Below, piece by piece: positions 59,404 through 64,000 of a stretch of 64,000 nucleotides of DNA. The notes beneath the pieces were generated by a model. That model worked only from the letters and a program-made list of their open reading frames with translations, was not told the origin of the DNA and made no database searches. The translations under genes were made by a program, and so were the position numbers. The DNA is from Macrostomum lignano (lineage: Eukaryota). Within the stretch, counting starts at the first letter, position 1, and the number at the start of each line of letters is the position of its first letter. The stretch covers positions 1 through 64,000 of the forward strand of contig NIVC01000389.1 of assembly GCA_002269645.1 (NCBI GenBank). The letters run 5' to 3'.

Positions 59404-59856
59404 CTATAGTCTTTTGGGATATATCTCCATGGTGGCATCCCAGTATGCTTTTAGATGGAGGTCCCAGCCATTCTTGAGGAGGCCGGCCTCCATGTAGGCA
59501 AGGGTCAATAGTAAAGCTAGGGCTAGTTGGGGGCTCTGCCCTTGGTAGAGGCTTTCCTCCACGCTGGCTATATAGCTGTCCAAAATCTCCTTGGCTGCAG
59601 ATGGCTGCATTAAGCCGCACATAGTCTGCCATTGGGCGTCGATTCTTATGCGGCCTTTGCTCACTGCCTGGAGCACAGCTGCATCAAGTGCTTGTTGCAA
59701 TCGGATTTGGGCTGGTGCCTTGCCCTCAGAGGTAGAGGTCAGGGCGCGCAGAGTGAGCACTTCCTTGGGCTGGAACCAGGAGGCTTGGGCAAATGCGGCC
59801 TCGAGGTCCGGGGTCCAGCCAGTAGCACCTTCAGATGCCAGGTTGCTGGACATCAT
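59404..59856 (-). other. Isolated 150-aa coding-like ORF of unknown identity
   Basis: GC-richer island in AT-rich DNA with a helical, protein-like composition. No family recognised; could be an exon or a TE fragment. Confidence 0.3.
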
Positions 59857-60031
59857 GTTGCAGATTGAACAAATGATAAAGCAATTAGGGCAACAATGAA
59901 AAACATATACAGGAAGATGATTAGGACAATAGAATATTATAGGAGGCAGATTGGATTTTGGCTAAGTGCATGGAGAAAATTTATAAAATTAACAACAATG
60001 AGGGGCACTTAGCTGCCTTATATATGCAAGT

Positions 60032-61606
60032 GGCTCATTCCATATAAGATGGACATATTTGGAAAATAGAAAAAAGTCAATATTTTTGCTTGCCATTGCC
60101 TAATTAGCCGGCTCATTCCATATAAGATAGACATATTTGGAAAATAGAAAAAAGTCAATATTTTTGCTTGCCATTGCCTAATTAGCCTATTTTTTACCAA
60201 ATGTTTATATTGTGCAATATATACAATCTAAGAATAAAGGAATGGTAAAATGTTGGATTAGTATGTTATCAATTGGCAAAAAGTCATTTTTGTAAAAATT
60301 TGGACATTTTTCGAAGCAAAAGACATCATTAAGATTTTGTACCTTTTAAAAACAAATAGAAAGCTTTTGAAGGTTGAAACAAACTATAGATAAAAGTATA
60401 GTACTTGCATCATCAGATAAAAGCATTGGTGACCAAATAATCTATTATATTTTTAATGTATTAGTACCTCAAAGTTACTGAATTGACAGAAAAAAATATG
60501 TTACGACCATAATGTTACGACCATAAGGCTGCCTTTTCTTTTGTATCTTTGTTGCCTTTTGAGTTTATATATTCTAATAAAAGAGTATGATTTCTAAAGA
60601 TGTTCTTAGTCAAATTTTAAAAATGTATTGCAAAATATCAAAAATGAAAAATGTTATAAGACTTTTACCTTTTAGTTTCTATATGTCAAAAATCCTGTCG
60701 TTACGACCATAAGTGTCATTTAAGGTTTAATAGCATCTATACTAATAATGATATCTATATGAAACTCTATAAATATATTCTAGACAAAATAATCTTTCAT
60801 TTAAAATATTGGTTTAGTATATTCTATTATTAGATTTCATTTTATAAGTAAAAATAACCTGTCATGTTACGACCATGCTTATATGGAATGAGCCAGCCTA
60901 TTTTTTTACCAAATGTTTATATTGTGCAATATATACAATCTAAGAATAAAGGAATGGTAAAATGTTGGATAAGTATGTTATCAATTGGCAAAAAGTCATT
61001 TTTGTAAAAATTTGGACATTTTTCGAAGCAAAAGACATCATTAAGATTTTGTACCTTTTAAAAACAAATAGAAAGCTTTTGAAGGTTGAAACAAAGTATA
61101 GATAAAAGTATAGTACTTGCATCATCAGATAAAAGCATTGGTGACCAAATAATCTATTATATTTTTAATGTATTAGTACCTCAAAGTTACTGAATTGACA
61201 GAAAAAAATATGTTACGACCATAATGTTACAACCATAAGGCTGCCTTTTCTTTTGTATCTTTGTTGCCTTTTGAGTTTATATATTCTAATAAAAGAGTAT
61301 GATTTCTAAAGATGTTCTTAGTCAAATTTTAAAAATGTATTGCAAAATATCAAAAATGAAAAATGTTATAAGACTTTTACCTTTTAGTTTCTATATGTCA
61401 AAAATCCTGTCGTTACGACCATAAGTGTCATTTAAGGTTTAATAGCATCTATACTAATGATGATATCTATATGAAACTCTATAAATATATTCTAGACAAA
61501 ATAATCTTTCATTTAAAATATTGGTTTAGTATATTCTATTATTAGATTTCATTTTATAAGTAAAAATAACCTGTCATGTTACGACCATGCTTATATGGAA
61601 TGAGCC
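60032..61606. mobile_element. 785-bp non-autonomous DNA transposon (TIR GGCTCATTCCATATAAG, 4-bp TSD) with a second full copy (60110-60894) nested inside it
   Basis: Perfect 17-bp TIRs. Outer TSD AAGT/AAGT, inner TSD AGCC/AGCC. Repeated subterminal GTTACGACCAT motifs. Confidence 0.9.
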
Positions 61607-62699
61607 AAGTGGCTGCCCAAGCAATGAATGAGGGGAATTCACGCATTGGAACAGGGCACCAGTCACTGCCCAGAATGCACTCTATGGTGGGCACACATGG
61701 AGGTGGGGTAGGTGACAAATTGTAGAGTAATAAAACAGATAGCTAACCGCAGCAGGGGGTCTAACTTAGAATGAATTAGGGCCTTAAAAGCCTTAAACAG
61801 CTTACATCAAATGGAGGAGAGCAATTAAAAAAGACTGGTTAATGCATAAACAACAGCTAAAATAAAATAAAGTAGTAAGGGAGCAAAGGCGGGCTCCTTA
61901 CTATTGATAATGTTAGAATAAAGTAGGTTAGCTACCGATATGGCATGCAGAGGCTCCATAGGGAGTTATAATGAAACAGGGGCTACCTCTGGCACTGGGA
62001 GAGGGAAGCCAAAATTGGAGGCCCTTACAGTGTTCCCAGGCTCAAGCAAAATCAAACAAAGAACAGGGGTCAAATCACCTCAAATGCCCTCCGCTGAGAA
62101 CAAGGCCTAGATCCGAGGCGCTTGACCTGAATGGGGCACAGACAAAATTGGCCCTTAGACAGCAGGCTCACCAAATAGCAGAGAGAAAAAAAGGACCTTC
62201 AGTTTTAATTGAACTGGAAGGTTTACAATAATTAACTGCTTTTCTCCTGAAAGCATAAGGAAAAAGGGGGATACCTCTGCACTTTGGTTGTGTGCGAAGA
62301 AGTTTACAATGAACAGGGATTCGCAGAAGCAGATAAAACACAAAATACTGTATCGCATTGATTAAAGATTGACGCGTTGAATAAATATCAATCGCATTGG
62401 TTAGATGAGAATTTCACTATACATGAGAACTAAAAGATTCAAAACGCTGCTTTTAGCCAGAAAGCATAAGGAAAAGAGAAATTGCTTTTATCCCTGAAGC
62501 AGAAGGAAAAGTACATTGAAAGTAAAATTTAACACATGCTTTTATTCAGAAAGCATAAAGAAAAAAGAAATTGCTTTTATCCCTGAAGCATAAGGAAAAG
62601 TACATTGAAATTAAAATTTGATGCCTGTTTTTTTATCCGGAAAGCATAAGGAAAAGAGAAATGGATATTTCAACGTAGTATTGATGTAGGTTATGATGT

Positions 62700-64000
62700 A
62701 CTTATTGCCTTAGTCTGTCGGGTCTCCAGTGGGGCCCATGATATCGATCGCGCATCACCCATAGACTTCGCAGACCGGAAATGACTACATGCACTGGGAT
62801 ACATCGCCATCCTTTGCTTTGAGTGCAGGTCTAGCAGGAAGCGACATAGTCAGACAGGGCAAGGCAGGGCAGGTTGCCAGAACCTCTCGCGCACCTCTGC
62901 AATAGTAAGATCTCGGCCCATGTGTCTGCAGTAGGGCAAACCATGCAGGTTGGCAAACACCGTGGCATCGAGACTCTTTGACAATACAATCCTCGCTTTG
63001 TCCTCCTTGCCAATATCGTCGAGATGGATGACTAATAGTCTGTCGCCTCAGACTTCCAATTGCTCATAGAATGCTACAAAGAGATTTTGCTCTTCTCTTG
63101 TTAGATTTAAATGCTGATTTAGTAGTGGCTTCGGTAGTCGACTTTCGATAAGGTTGATCATCATCCCCATGGCAGAGTCAGCACATTGATGAGTCTGGAG
63201 CTCCTCTCGAGTGACTGGTCTCGGGATGTGATCAGTTAAGTTCAAGGTTTGGCATCTGTTAGTCAAACTAGTTGACCCGGCTTCGGCTGTGGCTACATGG
63301 TTCAGGGTCTGGAGCTCGACGCACAATCACTACTCTGGCCAGTTGCCGGGTCATTGAAAAATTTGAAGGCCGATCCTTGTTGGTCATTTCGGCATCCCTT
63401 TTGTCGGAATTGGACTCGTCAGCAGATGAGAGTGAGTTAGCAGAACTGTTAGCATCAAGGCTGAAACTCACTTTCTTGAACTTAGGATGGCAAGCGGGTT
63501 GGCAGTGGTCGTTATTGGCTGCGCTGTGGTTGCTGTCCTTGTTGCCTTTAGCTAGTAGATGGTGGCTCCTTGAAGGGCAACATGTTGTGCTGCTAAAGCT
63601 AGTAGGCGACCTCTGTGAGTCTCGAAAACGGCTGGCTGATGGCCTCGGCTTTGTCGCTGGCGGGTGCAGCGCTATCAGCGGCTTGCTGTCAGCTGTCGAT
63701 GTTGCTGGCGGCATAGCCTCACCGTTGGACTCCTTTGGCTTCATTGGCAGTTTCCGTCAAGTCCAGCAGGTTGGTTGCTTCTTGCTTAGTGGTAGGCTAG
63801 GGTGGCCACTGTCATGGACCTTCGGCGCTGCTGTGCCAGTTATTGCGGCTGGCTGCTTACTTTGGTCCTCATCAGCTGCCTCATGTTGAGCCTCCTCTAA
63901 ACATTTGGCGTCGTCCTTGGGCTGTCTCGAGAGACTGTCGGCATTCTGATGCTGACTTGATTTTTGATGCTGGATCTCGAACTCAAATTTTAGTGTTCTG
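62700..64000 (-). mobile_element. Degraded Gypsy-like pol/integrase remnant
   Basis: Integrase Zn-binding region H....HMGRDLTIAEVRERFW...DYVASC.TC, preceded by VTREELQTHQCAD. Contains stops and frameshifts; RT/RNase H not seen. Confidence 0.6.

Noticed and set aside
62400-62660. Three loose ~100-bp repeats (AGAAAGCATAAGGAAAAG)
   Set aside because: A short degenerate duplication with no termini or coding signal; not informative.

Overview
Eukaryotic (metazoan) genomic DNA, not prokaryotic. GC- and CAG-rich exons, GT-AG introns filled with minisatellites and AT-rich spacers suggest a free-living flatworm of the Macrostomum lignano type; the organism is my inference. Genes: the 3' part of a Cad87A/CDH23-like cadherin (+, 1-7383), an intronless secreted PAN/LamG-like orphan (-, 13443-14465), TMEM232 (-, 7 exons), an FBXL6-like F-box/LRR gene, HINT, FPGS, and two orphan genes (51719-53920, 56559-57576) that share an ungapped 41-aa N-terminal motif (14/41 identical). 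The left half is a tandem duplication of the tail-to-tail cadherin/TMEM232 pair with reciprocal decay. The decayed cadherin copy and its flank carry nested elements: a LINE interrupted by a THAP element, a Ngaro-type YR retrotransposon interrupted by a solo LTR, and a 1336-bp gene cassette bounded by CAAT. The window also holds two CORE-type SINEs, two self-nested MITEs, Helitron-like 3' ends, a 4-kb two-phase satellite and a Gypsy remnant. All exon boundaries and alignments were read by eye; family names come from motif recognition, not database searches.
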